Position numbers and translations under genes: made by a program. A stretch of DNA of 64,000 nucleotides from Trichinella spiralis (taxonomy: Eukaryota). Within the stretch, counting starts at the first letter, position 1, and each line of letters begins with the position of its first letter. Of this stretch, positions 1-12,290 are shown in pieces. The DNA lies in assembly GCF_000181795.1 (NCBI RefSeq), contig NW_003526947.1, positions 214,217 to 278,216 of the forward strand. The letters run 5' to 3'. The notes under the pieces were generated by a model. It saw nothing but the letters and a program-made list of their open reading frames with translations, did not search any database and was not told the DNA's origin.

Positions 1-533
1 TTAAGGTCTTTTTTTTCATTCTTTGAACCACCAAGATTTTTTTTAACTTTGGGATGCCTAGCAATTGCGACTGATTATTTAAAAAAATTCAACTAGTTTA
101 AATCTGTTTGATTTTTAAAAGGCACCGATCAATAAGACTGAAAAGATAAGAAGTATTAGAGTGTAAGCGGATAGATTTAGTGATTTATGTGAATATCCCA
201 TTAACAATAAAACAAAATAAAAACCAAATTAGGTGTGCATTGCAAGTAATAGGGATGGAATAAGCGTTTCACAGTGAACACACAACGGCAAAAGTAACAA
301 CGAGCTAAAAAAATTTTTGCAACCGCAGTCATATGAATCATCAGTTTGTCAAGTCAATTAGATCAGATCGTTTAGCTGAAATAAGCATTTTCAGTTGAAG
401 GCTTGTAAATAATAGCATGAATATCAACATTTCTCTTCACCAAAGAAATGCAGTGGGAATACCAGCCTAATATAGTGAAAATAGGCATAAAAATATGCAA
501 AAAATGGAAAAAGTCATATATCAATTTCTTTTA
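1..533. repeat. Copy A of a ~530 bp local duplication (copy B ~1141-1664)
   Basis: Near-identical text in both places (e.g. ggcaccgatcaataagactg...gtcatatatcaatttcttttag). The first ~80 nt of copy A carry extra homopolymer bases, typical of a read end. Confidence 0.9.
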
Positions 534-539
534 GCTCTC

Positions 540-795
540 GTAAATGCTGCTTCGTGATCAGGATTCATTTTGTTGTATATTCTCAAAATTTATTGTGAAA
601 AGGGATCCTAGGGTTGGGAACGTCCCAAACCCTGTTTTGTGTATTAGAGCTTTTGCTTGTTAGCTCTACTCACGGTCATTGCGCTGCGCTGTACGCCGCA
701 ATTTTCTTTTTTCATATCAGGACTCGAACCCCGATATAACAACTCTGCACAACCCCAGGCAAGTGATACGTTTACGCCACGTTCACTGCCCCACT
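540..795 (-). mobile_element. tRNA-derived SINE-like element or tRNA pseudogene
   Basis: The minus strand has an A-box-like GTGGCGTAAACG (~780-769) and a B-box GGTTCGAGTCC (~730-720). It is a GC-richer island with a downstream hairpin (AGGGTTGGGAACGTCCCAAACCCT, 610-633). No proper cloverleaf is evident. Confidence 0.45.
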
Positions 796-1140
796 GAAAT
801 GAAAAATAAATTGTATATAAAGGAGAAACAATGCATAAATTATACTTTTAAAATATTTAAAATATCTCTTGATAATTTTTAATTTTTTAAAAACAAATTT
901 AATATGAATTACAAAGTTAATAAATTAAAATATTAAAATGATATTTTTATTATTAAAATGAAGAAATATATTGAGAAATGAATTTTTTCAACTGCAATAA
1001 TGATTCATTATATATATATTTTTTGGTTTAACATTTTCTGTCACAACAATATAATGTAATATAATATAATATAATATAATACATATATATACATTTATAT
1101 ATATATACATTCCCCTAATTTTTAAACAGAAAAAATACTG

Positions 1141-1664
1141 TTAGACTTTTTCATCTTGAACCACAAGATTTTTTTAACCTTGGATGCCTAGCAATTTGCG
1201 ACTGATTATTAAAAAAATTCAACTAGTTTAAATCTGTTTGATTTTTAAAAGGCACCGATCAATAAGACTGAAAAGATAAGAAGTATTAGAGTGTAAGCGG
1301 ATAGATTTAGTGATTTATGTGAATATCCCATTAACAATAAAACAAAATAAAAACCAAATTAGGTGTGCATTGCAAGTAATAGGGATGGAATAAGCGTTTC
1401 ACAGTGAACACACAACGGCAAAAGTAACAACGAGCTAAAAAAATTTTTGCAACCGCAGTCATATGAATCATCAGTTTGTCAAGTCAATTAGATCAGATCA
1501 TTCAGCTGAAATAAGCATTTTCAGTTGAAGGCTTGTAAATAATAGCATGAATATCAACATTTCTCTTCACCAAAGAAATACAGTGGGAATACCAGCCTAA
1601 TATAGTGAAAATAGGCATAAAAATATGCGAAAAATGGAAAAAGTCATATATCAATTTCTTTTAG
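1141..1664. repeat. Copy B of the ~530 bp local duplication
   Basis: Matches 1-533 with few substitutions and diverges after tttcttttag. Confidence 0.9.
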
Positions 1665-1699
1665 ATGTCGTCAAATTAAAATGAAATCAAAATTTGACA

Positions 1700-4258
1700 A
1701 ATAACACGCATTACAATGACAACCAGTAAAAATTTAGGTTTGCGACAACGAATAAAACTCATAGCAACAGCATCTAATGAAATTTAGCCGGCATGAAAAC
1801 CAATGAAATTTAAGGCCAATCAATGACGAGCGGCATGCCATTGAAGTATTCTGTGGGAGTATATCGCCTGCTTCAAGCCATACAAACTACGGTTCTGTTT
1901 GTAGACTTCATTCGTGCCATTTTCAAATCTTTCCGGCTGCTTCTTCTTTCAGCACATCATACAGAAACGCAGTCTTCACATCAAACTGTTGAAGCTTCAA
2001 TCTTTTTACTTCTCTGGAATTCAGACGCGCCTATGCAGCTCATAAACCCCATTCAGATTACGTACGCCACACTGCTTCACGCAGGCATTTTTACGACAGG
2101 TACATCCATCCGCGTATGCAATGAACTTGAAACCTTTCTCAACAGCTTTTCCAATGGAGAACAAGTTCAAACCTAGCTTGGGCACATACCAGACATCTTC
2201 CATCCTGTTCAGTGTCCACTTTCCTTTAATTATCAGTTTTGAATAAACATCGCGTCCTCTAGTTTGCCGCAAACATAACGGTACATCGTCACGATTCACA
2301 GAGACTGTTCCTACAGTTGTTCAACCTTGTTCAAGATGATGTTGTACAATGGAATATGATGCAAAATAACGGTCCATAAAAACGTTTCTGTAAGAGTTCA
2401 CAAATAGCTGTGCCAACTGCTCAACAATAGTGTTGGCTAGACCAATTTGGCGTTCTTCACCACTTCTGCCAGTATATAACAAACCTTTCAGAGCATAACG
2501 ATTCTCCGCGTCACATATCCAGTTGATCTTCAAATCGTACGTTTCTGGTCAAATGGCCAAATGGTCAATACACATGGTAAAATGCAAAAGTGCAATCACA
2601 TGTTGAACACAACTGATCATCTTTAGCAATAAATAGCCGCATACTGAATATCGCTCACCCAGTTTTTTTAGCTACCATAAACAATTGACTGTTTTTGTCA
2701 CACATTCAGCAAATAACAGTGACTCTTAGAGAAACGTCAAGAAGGCCTCAAAGCACTGACAGACAACCATGACGCATAATTTACCCACTGTTGGCATCCT
2801 GTTTGGCTAATCTACTCCATATTATCCACAGAGACACTGCCCCAGATTCCATAATGCACACAAACATGGACCACATTCAAGAATGATCAATGTGGTAATC
2901 TCAGAGCATTTTACTGACTATTAGCACATGAATTATTTCAATAAAATCATAAAAAAAGAGAGTGCTGTGTCTACATATGTAGACAGGTGCCCGGATGTAG
3001 GTTAATGAAGACCTTGAAGTTTACAGTGCCCCGGCCATAGGCAGGAATGGCATTGTCGTTCCTGACTTTCACATTCAGAGGCTTTGGAAATGTCACAAAG
3101 TCCACGAAGCATTCCCTATTACGCGTGATATGATGTGAAGCACCAAAGTCAGCTAGACACATTCTATAGGTGCTTCTGTTGTCCTTAGCGCGGTAACAAA
3201 AGAAACTCTCACCACCAAGGAACTGCCTGACTGCCCAGCATTCCTCACTATCTTCATCGTACAGTTTTTTACGAGATGCCCAATCCCATAACATTTAAAG
3301 CACTTTCTTCTATCTTTTTTGACATTTCCCATGGTGTGTTTTCACCGTCAATGCAACTGATAAGTCCGTCGTCTTTTAGGGAGTCGCATCTCGATTAGCC
3401 AGCAATAAGCCCTCTATCAACAAATTCACAGACCTTTCGCCAACAGACACGCTTTCCCAAACGGTTTTAAATTCAAAGTATTCTTGAGGCAACGTTGACA
3501 TATTTCTGCTCATTAACATTAACAGCGGATCAAGCAAATGAGTGGCAGTCAGTCTTTCCAGTTCATCATTCAAATCTGTGAAAAGCTTCTGCAGCTTGAC
3601 GTCATACCTTGCCATGTCTTCCCCTGGCACTTTTGCACATTTGAAGAACACTTCCATCAGTCTAACCACTCGGTGACCACTGCTCTGCTCATAAACAGCA
3701 GTCAACTTCTAACAATTTTCGGCTGCAGATTTAGATGTGGCCGTCAGCTCAACACTGGTATCATTCATCGAACTGACAAGAATAAGCTGAGCAAGAGTAT
3801 CTTCCTTTTCACAAGCCTTCAGTGCAACCTTCTTACCAATACCGACATGAAGGACAGCATGATGACGTAGTACAAGCGGAATTCATCTTTTCCAGCGACT
3901 CCAGTTACTTGCACTTTCAAGTTTGTCAACTTCGAACTTGAAATCCATCATATAATTGTCTCGACGATTTACTACTCATATCTTCAGCGCAAATGCCACG
4001 TGGTCACGGCCCATAACTTATTGAGGTTTGGTCACTTTGATCTGCATAATCACGGACATCGAGACAAGAGACGTAAGACCAAGTAACACAAACACAGTAG
4101 CCAGAGAGAGCATTCAAAGAATCAAAACAAAAAAATTAACGCAACCGAGATTATTAGCACGCAAAGTATTTCACAAGACCTCATATCTATATATATCCAC
4201 ACGTTAATACAGTATAATGAATATCAGGTTTAAACAGGAACTGTTCGTTTCATCAACA
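1700..4258 (-). mobile_element. Degenerate Ty1/copia LTR retrotransposon (5' LTR, PBS, gag, protease); 3' end uncertain
   Basis: LTR 4258-4019 (TGTTGA...TCAATA) followed by AGTTATGGGCC, a copia-type PBS. Gag remnant (LPQEYFEFKTVWES), protease ADFGASHHIT and EDVWYVPKLGLNLFSI. Contains stops and frameshifts. Confidence 0.85.
2230..3001 (-). mobile_element. piggyBac-family transposon remnant nested in the copia protease
   Basis: TTAA on both sides (2226-2229, 3002-3005). Transposase remnant PETYDLKINWICDAENRYALKGLLYTG...FMDRYF...VGTVSVNR. One end begins CC. Confidence 0.85.
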
Positions 4259-4356
4259 AAAAACAAATGCATTTTTGGTGCATAATTAATTTTAATTTCC
4301 ACATTTTACTCAGGTTTCAATAATCTCAATAAAAGCTTGAATCTTCTTATTGCAAT

Positions 4357-4963
4357 TCAACGTGGCACTGCCCTGCCACGGAAGCCTCGGCCAGAAAATA
4401 CCCCACGGCCTCTTCCTCCTTTAAAGTGACAAAACATTCTGTATAAAAACAATTTCGCATAAACATTAAATCAAAAACTTGCTTTTGAAAGCGGCCGCTT
4501 TTCCACGTGGTGGAGCAGGAACTTTTGGCACTCCTTTCAACATAGTTCTAAACATAGGAGCGTTCTTCAGCATATCCGGCAGAATTAAAAAACGAATCTT
4601 CGATCCTCTTATGTAAACTTGCTCCATTTGTGCAACCTGGCCATCACGATAAGTAACTGTCACATCAGTCATATTGCAATTCATATTGTCCTCTGCTTCC
4701 AGTAGTTTTCCACGAAATACTTCGCCTGAAATACGACATTTGATGGGCTTTTTATGTATTCATAACATGTTCCAATGACGCATTTAGCTTGAAATGTAAA
4801 ACTGTACGCTCATACAACGGATATTGAAATGTATATACATTTGGAATCAATGTTATAAACAGATTAAACTAATTTAAAAATTCTACTAACCAGTGGTGGT
4901 TTCCAACATAACAATATGCCCTTCTGCTTCATGTAAAATTTTCAAAGGAACGCCAAGAGACAT
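4357..4963 (-). CDS. SNRPD3: Small nuclear ribonucleoprotein Sm D3, copy 1 (exons 4963-4891, 4725-~4480, ~4438/4418-4357)
   Basis: [41 protein letters not shown]...[23 protein letters not shown], followed by an RG-rich tail ending [11 protein letters not shown]. The first intron is GT-AG. Confidence 0.95.
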
Positions 4964-5740
4964 TATCACAAGCAGTCAACTTTGTAAGGTGTAAATAAAA
5001 ATGATGGATTACTGTATCACCGCTTTTGCTTAATTTTCAAGTTTTGTAGATCAGTTCGCAAGTATTTATTTTTATGAAAGTGACTATAAAAATAATAACA
5101 TATAATCATTTTGAATATTATTTTAGAATAAAATAACTATACCGAATTTATAAAGTGAATAGATTTATGAATAATTTATAATAAAATTCTAGCCGGTAAT
5201 TTATCATTTGTAATTACAGTATTTCATTGGCACTTGCAAGATTTTTGAAAATAGCTGTGAAAATATTTTCAATATTTATTAGTTATTCATAAATTATTAT
5301 AAATTTTTGGGCAAATTCTTTTCAACTGTATGGAATAGCAATTATAGGAATGTGGAAAGATTACAAGAAATAGAATACAAAATATTGCAGCATGATGTAA
5401 CGCAGAAAGACAACATTGTATGCATATTCGCAAACAACATTTCAAAAAACTTTACAAGAAACATCATGGGCAAAAGAATTTTTTAAATAATGATTTTGAT
5501 AAAATGCATTTCATCAATACAGGCATTTAATATTTATTGTTGCATTAAAAATTGCATTGAAAATAAAACAAAAATAATAAAAAAGCAACAATAGGTGACA
5601 ATTAATATGCACATGAAAATAATTATGTTTTTCGAGTAGAGCAGCAGTTATCCTCTTGTTTATCAGGCAAATCAAATTTATTAAACATTCAGGTTTTTGC
5701 TTACTTTTATAAATTGTATTTTTTTAATGAAAATCACAAC

Positions 5741-8310
5741 TGTTAGAAAGTACTCGATAGAGAACTTATGGCTCTACACCTGAATTCTGGTTATTGTGGC
5801 TTTTGGTAGGTTGCCGAGAAAGGGGGCCAAGTTGGCAAAGAGGAATGCGTTATCTGGGTAGTCATGCCAGTGGAAAACGTTCTGTTTTGTGTTTGCGCTC
5901 ATTTATTGTGTTGTGAGTTGTCCTTTCACGTTTCTATTTGTTCTTAAGCTTGTACCTTCGCTTCTATCGATTTGTCCTGCTTTGTGTCATATCCAGAAGA
6001 GAACGTGAGTCGGATTGCGGTTAGGTGATCATTGTTGAGTTGACCTACCGCCGAACAAAACTTACAGTCCACTAGCTCGTAGGCGACAGCAGTTTCATCG
6101 CTAACATTTTGGTCCTTAGAGCTAGATTGTAGCAAGGATGTTACGCAATAGACAATGGTATATCCACTTGATTTGACGTGCGTTCCCAGTTCGAAACCAA
6201 TCACCATGAAGGCCGACACTCTGGCGAACGAAGTAGAGATTCGAAGGGCGAAACTTCGTGACGTAGTCGATGAATTAGCATAACATTGCGAGGAGGAGTC
6301 GTATCTGGACGACGTCCAAGAATTGCTTGAGGCAGTGGATGCGTTTTGCGATAAGACGTTAAAGTTGTAACTTCAGTTGGAAGAGGCTCTCACGGACGAG
6401 GAACGAGACCAGGAGGCCACTTAGTGGAAGACTTTATGGCTAGATACAGAAGACCCGCCGAGCGGGACGCGCCAAAACCCGACAGCTCGAATATGCTTTA
6501 CCTGAGCGCCACGTCAAGCCTGAAGCTCGCGATCGCCGTGGTAGCAGTAAGCCAGAGGCGAGTGGAAAGCAGCTGGAACTGAAGCTGCCAGTGTTTTTGG
6601 GCAAGCTGCTCGAATTTCTAGCGTTCTGAGACCGTTTCCAAGCTGGCGACCACCGTCATGAAGACTCGGACGACGCCACAAAATTCACCTATCTGCTGTC
6701 GAGCCTTTCCGGTGAAGCAGCGACGGCCATCGAGGGGATGCCGAATTTTGGCGCAAATTACCCGCATGCCGTCGAATTGCTGAAGACGCGCTTTGGACGC
6801 ACGGATGTCATCGTTCAGGAACGTGCTTCCTGGTGAGGAAGATATTGGAAGCGTCTGGTGTGATCGGAGAAAATAGCCCTGAAGGCAACGTTGGGACAAT
6901 GCTTGACTTCTCCCGACGAATTACGAACGGTTTTGTGCGAAGTTAAAGAGCTTCCATAAATGATCGACCTTTGACTTTTGTTGGACACGACGCGCAAGAG
7001 GAGTTGGCCTTGACCACGGCCCACTTCCTTATTGATCGAAGCTTAGTGATGTTTCTCGACTGGCGCGATGGTGGTGCTAGAACTAGTCAACATAGTCGAT
7101 GGGGAAAGAAACCCCCATCGCGGTGGAGGATGTTCCGGACGGAACAGCTGAGGTACTATAGCCCTGAACCTGCAGAACCTAAGTTCAGACTCACCAAGAG
7201 CCTGAGGTGTCTTACAACTCAAGGGAAAGTTCCCGCCTGCACTGCAGAGAGAATGGGACCCCGAAGTGTCATCAGAGTTTGGCAGCGAGGTCGACCTGCA
7301 GAAGTTCCTGTATTTTGCTCAGTTGCAGGCGGACAAGCTGAATCTCAGCGGTTGAGGGGCGGCGAGCACGGCAACTATGTGGTCGCCAGTTGCCTCTTCG
7401 ACAGCGGATCAGAAGGCTTGTTCTAAGGAAGGACCTGGCGGACGCACTCAGCCTGGCCGGACCGTATGAAAATGTTGGTCTTGTGACAGTCGGCGGCATT
7501 GCAGGCCCAGAGCGGCGACTGGGAAAGGTCGACTTCCTGCTGTGACCCAACGAAGGGTCTGGCCATCCAGCGTCAAGACTCTACGTGAGAACATTGGCTA
7601 TCCCGCAGGTCTGCGGAGAGATCCGGCTACCTGCCGTCGACCTACAGAACTGGCCGCACTTGGACGCTATCCCGCAACAGTACCACCTGAACGAACGAAC
7701 GATCACGATCATTATTTCAAATTCGCCAGGGGCTACGTCCGCAGAGGACAGACTGGCGGCCCAGTAGCTGTGGAAACGCTATTCATTTGGGTAGTATGCG
7801 GACGAACTAGTCCGTTACCGACAGGCAAGTTAGCATCCCCCTTGACGAAGATCGAAGACTCCGTTGCGGAAATTTTGGGAAATTGAGGCGCTGGGGTTCA
7901 CCCCTGAGGAAGACGTCTCAGCCATGGATGAGGAGGCGCTCAAGAAGTTTGAGGAGACGCTGACCTTCGAAGGAGAAAAGTAGCAGGTCTGCCTCCCATG
8001 GTATGCAGGACTGCCGGATCTCCCGGATAATTTAAATCAGGCCAGGCATCGTCTTATGGCGGTGGAGCGGCACCTGAAAGGACACCGTCAGTTGAATACC
8101 GCCTACACGTCTGCCATACGACAATATTTCGAGAATGGTGGGTCGAACAGGCACCCGAAGATTGCCCGTCGAAACGGACTTGGTATCTCCTGCACCACGC
8201 GGTCAACCAGGGCGGAGGTGACGGAAGGAAATTCCGCATCCTGTTCAACAGCTCATCGCGTTGCTGAGGGACGTTACTGAGCAGTCAGGTGGATGCAGGC
8301 CCGACTGGAT
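5741..8310 (+). mobile_element. Degenerate, internally rearranged BEL/Pao LTR retrotransposon, truncated in RT
   Basis: Putative LTR 5741-6218 (TGTTAG...GACA) then TGGCG PBS-like at 6222. Gag ELKLPVF...KFTYLLSSLSGEA...ELLKTRFG, protease CLFDSGSE, PVAVETLFIWVVCG, and RT N-terminus CLPW...PDNLNQARHRL...WYLLHHAV. Confidence 0.85.
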
Positions 8311-9174
8311 GATTTTTCATGTAAAAATGTTCAATAAGCGATGAACGTTCTAGCAGAAGAATAGAAGAGATAAAACAGTTTTGTTAAAATAAAATCTTGA
8401 TGTTGTCAGTTCAAATTGGCGAAATTTTTCTAAACAAAAGTGAAATAAAAAAAGGCAAATTTGCATATCAAAAAACAGAGTGTAAGTTGAAGAGAATTAT
8501 TTAAAAGAAGAAGTAGAATGGAATAATTTTGCTTTACATAAATAAAATGGCCGCAGCGTTAAGAAAGTATATTTCATTGTGTGAAATGATTGTAATGGGA
8601 AAAAAATTGAATGAGATAACTGACTGATTCAACAGTGGAAAGATGTGTATTGAATAAACAAATGTTGAATAAAATATTTTTGGTGGAAAGTGGATTTTAA
8701 ATTGGCTGTTGTTGTTGTTGTTGCGTGATAACAGACAGCAGCATAACGCAGATGCAAAAGTGATATCTACCGCCCAACCGACGCGCCAAAAAGCAGCAAC
8801 GGCCATTAAAAGCCGACGATTGCTTACTAAAAGCAACGAACGTTAAGTGCTTTTTCTTTTTTGTTTTATTTTTATTTTGATATTAGCAAAATTGCTATAG
8901 CCAGATGTGTGTTCTTTGTATTGAATGGAGAACGCGAATTCTTCTGCTTACACTACTATTGTTGTTGTTGTTGTTGTTGTTGTGCGTATGCAGAAATTTG
9001 GCGGGAAAAAGTTTTTCAACCAACTTCATTCAATATAGGATAAATTTTTAATTCAATTTTTTTTCACTTTTATTTGTGAAATTGAATAAGAATATATTTC
9101 AATTTAAAAATCAAATTTTGCATAAAAAACAGTAATGATTATTCTCGTAGAGATGCGAAATGGAATGAACGAAT

Positions 9175-10230
9175 GATACAGAATGTAATCAATGACCCTG
9201 ATGAATGTTGGTTAGCCAGGGTCGAATTGTTTGGGACTTTGGGAAATAAGCTTCTTTTTTTTCAATGGAAAAAGCTGTGTTTGTTGCGTGCGGTTCGGGG
9301 TCGACAGTTTGGCCCAATTCTGGTGCCCACCGGGGCCATCTAATCCAACCAGGCAGCTGGCGATGATCCTTGACCCATCCTGGACCGTGAATTTAGACTT
9401 CACGTCGCCGGACAATTTTCCAAGCGTCAGATGGCGACGAAACCCCGCGGCGAGCCGTTTGTCAAACGTTGACCGCTACACATCAACATTTACAGTATGA
9501 CGAGACATGGGAGAGGGGGCATGGGTTGGGGTGAGTTGGATTTTCTGACATGAGGATAAAATGCATATGCAGAAATAGAAATGCCAGTATAACGACGGAT
9601 CGAAGAGAAAATAATTTTCCTCCACCCAGCTGCTGTTTGGGTTGAAGGAACAAAAAAAAAAAGAAAAAAANNNNNNNNNNGATTACAAGAAAGTGTATTT
9701 CCAAGTGCCCCCGGAAGAATGTGTTGGTGTAACCCAAGGGTTGAATTTGTTTTGGGACTTTTGGGGAAATAAGGGTTTTCTTTTTTTTTTCAATAGAAAA
9801 AAGCTTGTGTTTTTTGGCGTTGCGGGTTCGGGGTGTGGCCCAGTTTGGCCCCCAATATTTGGGGCCCCCCGGGGCCTTTTTTATTCCAACCCAGGGCCAG
9901 TGGGGGTGATCCCTTGCCCCATTCTTGGGCCGGGAAATTTTAGGATTTCACGTTCGCCGGGACAATTTTTCCAAGGCGTTCAGAAGGGGGAGGAAACCCC
10001 GGCGGGGGAAGCGGTTTGTCAAAACGTTGAACCGTTACACATTCAACCATTTACAGTATGCGGGGACATGGGAAGAGGGGGGGCATGGGGTTGGGGGGAG
10101 TTTGGATTTTTTGACATGAGGGATAAAATGCATATGCAGAAAATAGAAATGCCAGTATAACGACGGATCGAAGAGAAAAAATAATTTTCCTCCCCCAGCT
10201 GCTGTTTGGGGTTGAAGGAACAAAAAAAAG
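9175..10230. other. Two low-quality overlapping copies of one ~500 bp segment either side of a 10-N gap (assembly artefact)
   Basis: ~9175-9670 and 9681-10230 are colinear but differ mostly by homopolymer expansions. N run at 9671-9680. Confidence 0.8.
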
Positions 10231-11683
10231 AAAGAGAAAAAGCCACGACACTACCGGTGACCTTGGCCAAGCAGTTGTGGAAATTATCCTCAGGGAAGAA
10301 GTCATTCGACATTCAAAACGGAACTCATTTGTCATCGTTGTTGCTGATGGCGAAAATTCAAAATTACCACAAAATTATCTATCATTTATGAAAATTTTTG
10401 AATACTTTTTGTCCAGTAAAATGACAAATTTCTTTTCCAACTTTTTCAAATTCAACAACTTCAATACCAATGATTATCACTTTTAATCAACAATTCGGCA
10501 GTCTATGTGAATGCTTTTGTTATTTCATTTTCATGTATTTATTTTATATGAAAATCAAATTTAACATCTGATTTTATGAAGGTTTTGAATTAAATTTTAA
10601 AAATATTCTTTGAAGAATTTCAAAAATAATTGAAAAGTTAAACTTTTTATTAATGGAGATGTACTATTTAAAAAAAATATTCAAAAAGCACTTTTTTAAA
10701 AATTTATTTCAAAAATTGCACAATGTTTATTTGATCAGCAGAATTGGCAATCTGCCAACTTTTTGCTAGTAATTCTATCATCGTCGTTGAATAACTCCTT
10801 TCTTTCATTTGCTGCTTATTTCACTTTATCATGCTTTATTGAATCAAATATTTCTTTTATCATCATCAGCAATAATGCATAATTACACAATTTTTCCAAC
10901 TTTACTACATACTTCTACATAACGAATAGATTTTAAATAACATACCATCAATGTTATGCAAAATTGTGTTGATGAAATATTTAATACATAATTTTGTAGT
11001 ATAATTGAAAAGTTTTTGAAAATTATCATAATTAATACGAACAATTCTTAAACTTCAATGCAAAATCGATGCATTGTTGATAAGAAAATCAATAAAAAAT
11101 ATTACACGCAATTTTTGAACTTGATTACTTTTAAATACAATATTCATTTTATCAAAAATCTGCGTCCGCTTTGGCGTGTGAAACGAAGCGTATCGTGTTA
11201 AGAAGAAAATAGTTATTTTTTATTTCATTTAATAAATTTATTTATTAATAATTTTACATTTTATCCGCTAAACATCCCTGTTTACTGTAACTTTCGTATA
11301 TTGAAGTGGTTAAAAAATTTGCAATTTAAAATCGACCAAAAATATCAAATAATTAATTAATTTCAAAATAGAAAGTGTACCTATGATGTCGGCTTAATTT
11401 CGTTTGTCTATATAAATGTCAAGCCGATAACGTGTACACAAATTCCACCCTGTATTACTATTTGTGCGCAACACTGTCCACATATCAATTTCAATTAGAA
11501 AATGAAATTTATTTAGAAGAACTCCAAAGTATTCAAATTTAGAAGTGCATGAGTGGACTATGGAATAAAAACAAATGCATTTTCAGAGCACAATTTATTT
11601 TAATTTCCACATTTTTCTCAGGTTTCAATAATAATAAAGGTTTCAATAAGTTTCAATAAAAGCTTGAATCTTCTTACTGCAAT

Positions 11684-12290
11684 TCAACGCGCCGCTGAAC
11701 TGCCACGGAAACCTCGGCTAGAAAATACCCCACGGCCTCTTCCTCCTTCAAAGTGACAAAACATTCTGTATAAAAAGAATTACGCATAAACATTAAATCA
11801 AAAACTTGCTTTTGAAAGCGGCCGCTTTTCCTCGTGGTGGAGCAGGAACTTTTGGCACTCCTTTCAACATAGTTTTAAACATAGGCGCGTTCTTCAGCAT
11901 ATCCGGCAGAATTAAAAAACGAATCTTCGATCCTCTTATGTAAACTTGATCCATTTGTGTTACCTGGCCATCACGATAAGTAACTGTCACATCAGTCATA
12001 TTGCAATTCATATTGTCCTCTGCTTCCAGTAGTTTTCCACGAAATACTTCGCCTGAAATACGACATTTGATGGGCTTTTTATGTATTCATAACATGTTCC
12101 AATGACGCATTTAGCTTGAAATGTAAAACTGTACGCTCATACAACGGATATTGAAATGTATATACATTTGGAATCAATGTTATAAACAGATTAAACTAAT
12201 TTAAAAATTCTACTAACCAGTGGTGGTTTCCAACATAACAATATGCCCTTCTGCTTCATGTAAAATTTTCAAAGGAACGCCAAGAGACAT
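11684..12290 (-). CDS. SNRPD3: Small nuclear ribonucleoprotein Sm D3, copy 2
   Basis: Same exon structure as copy 1 at offset +7327. Differs at A>T, E>D, R>K and in the tail ([12 protein letters not shown]). Confidence 0.95.

Noticed and set aside
9212..10391. ORFs in the GC-richer duplicated segment (a PxSCC motif hinted at a tetraspanin)
   Set aside because: The sequence is corrupted by homopolymer errors and no reliable frame can be reconstructed. A real gene may be hidden here.
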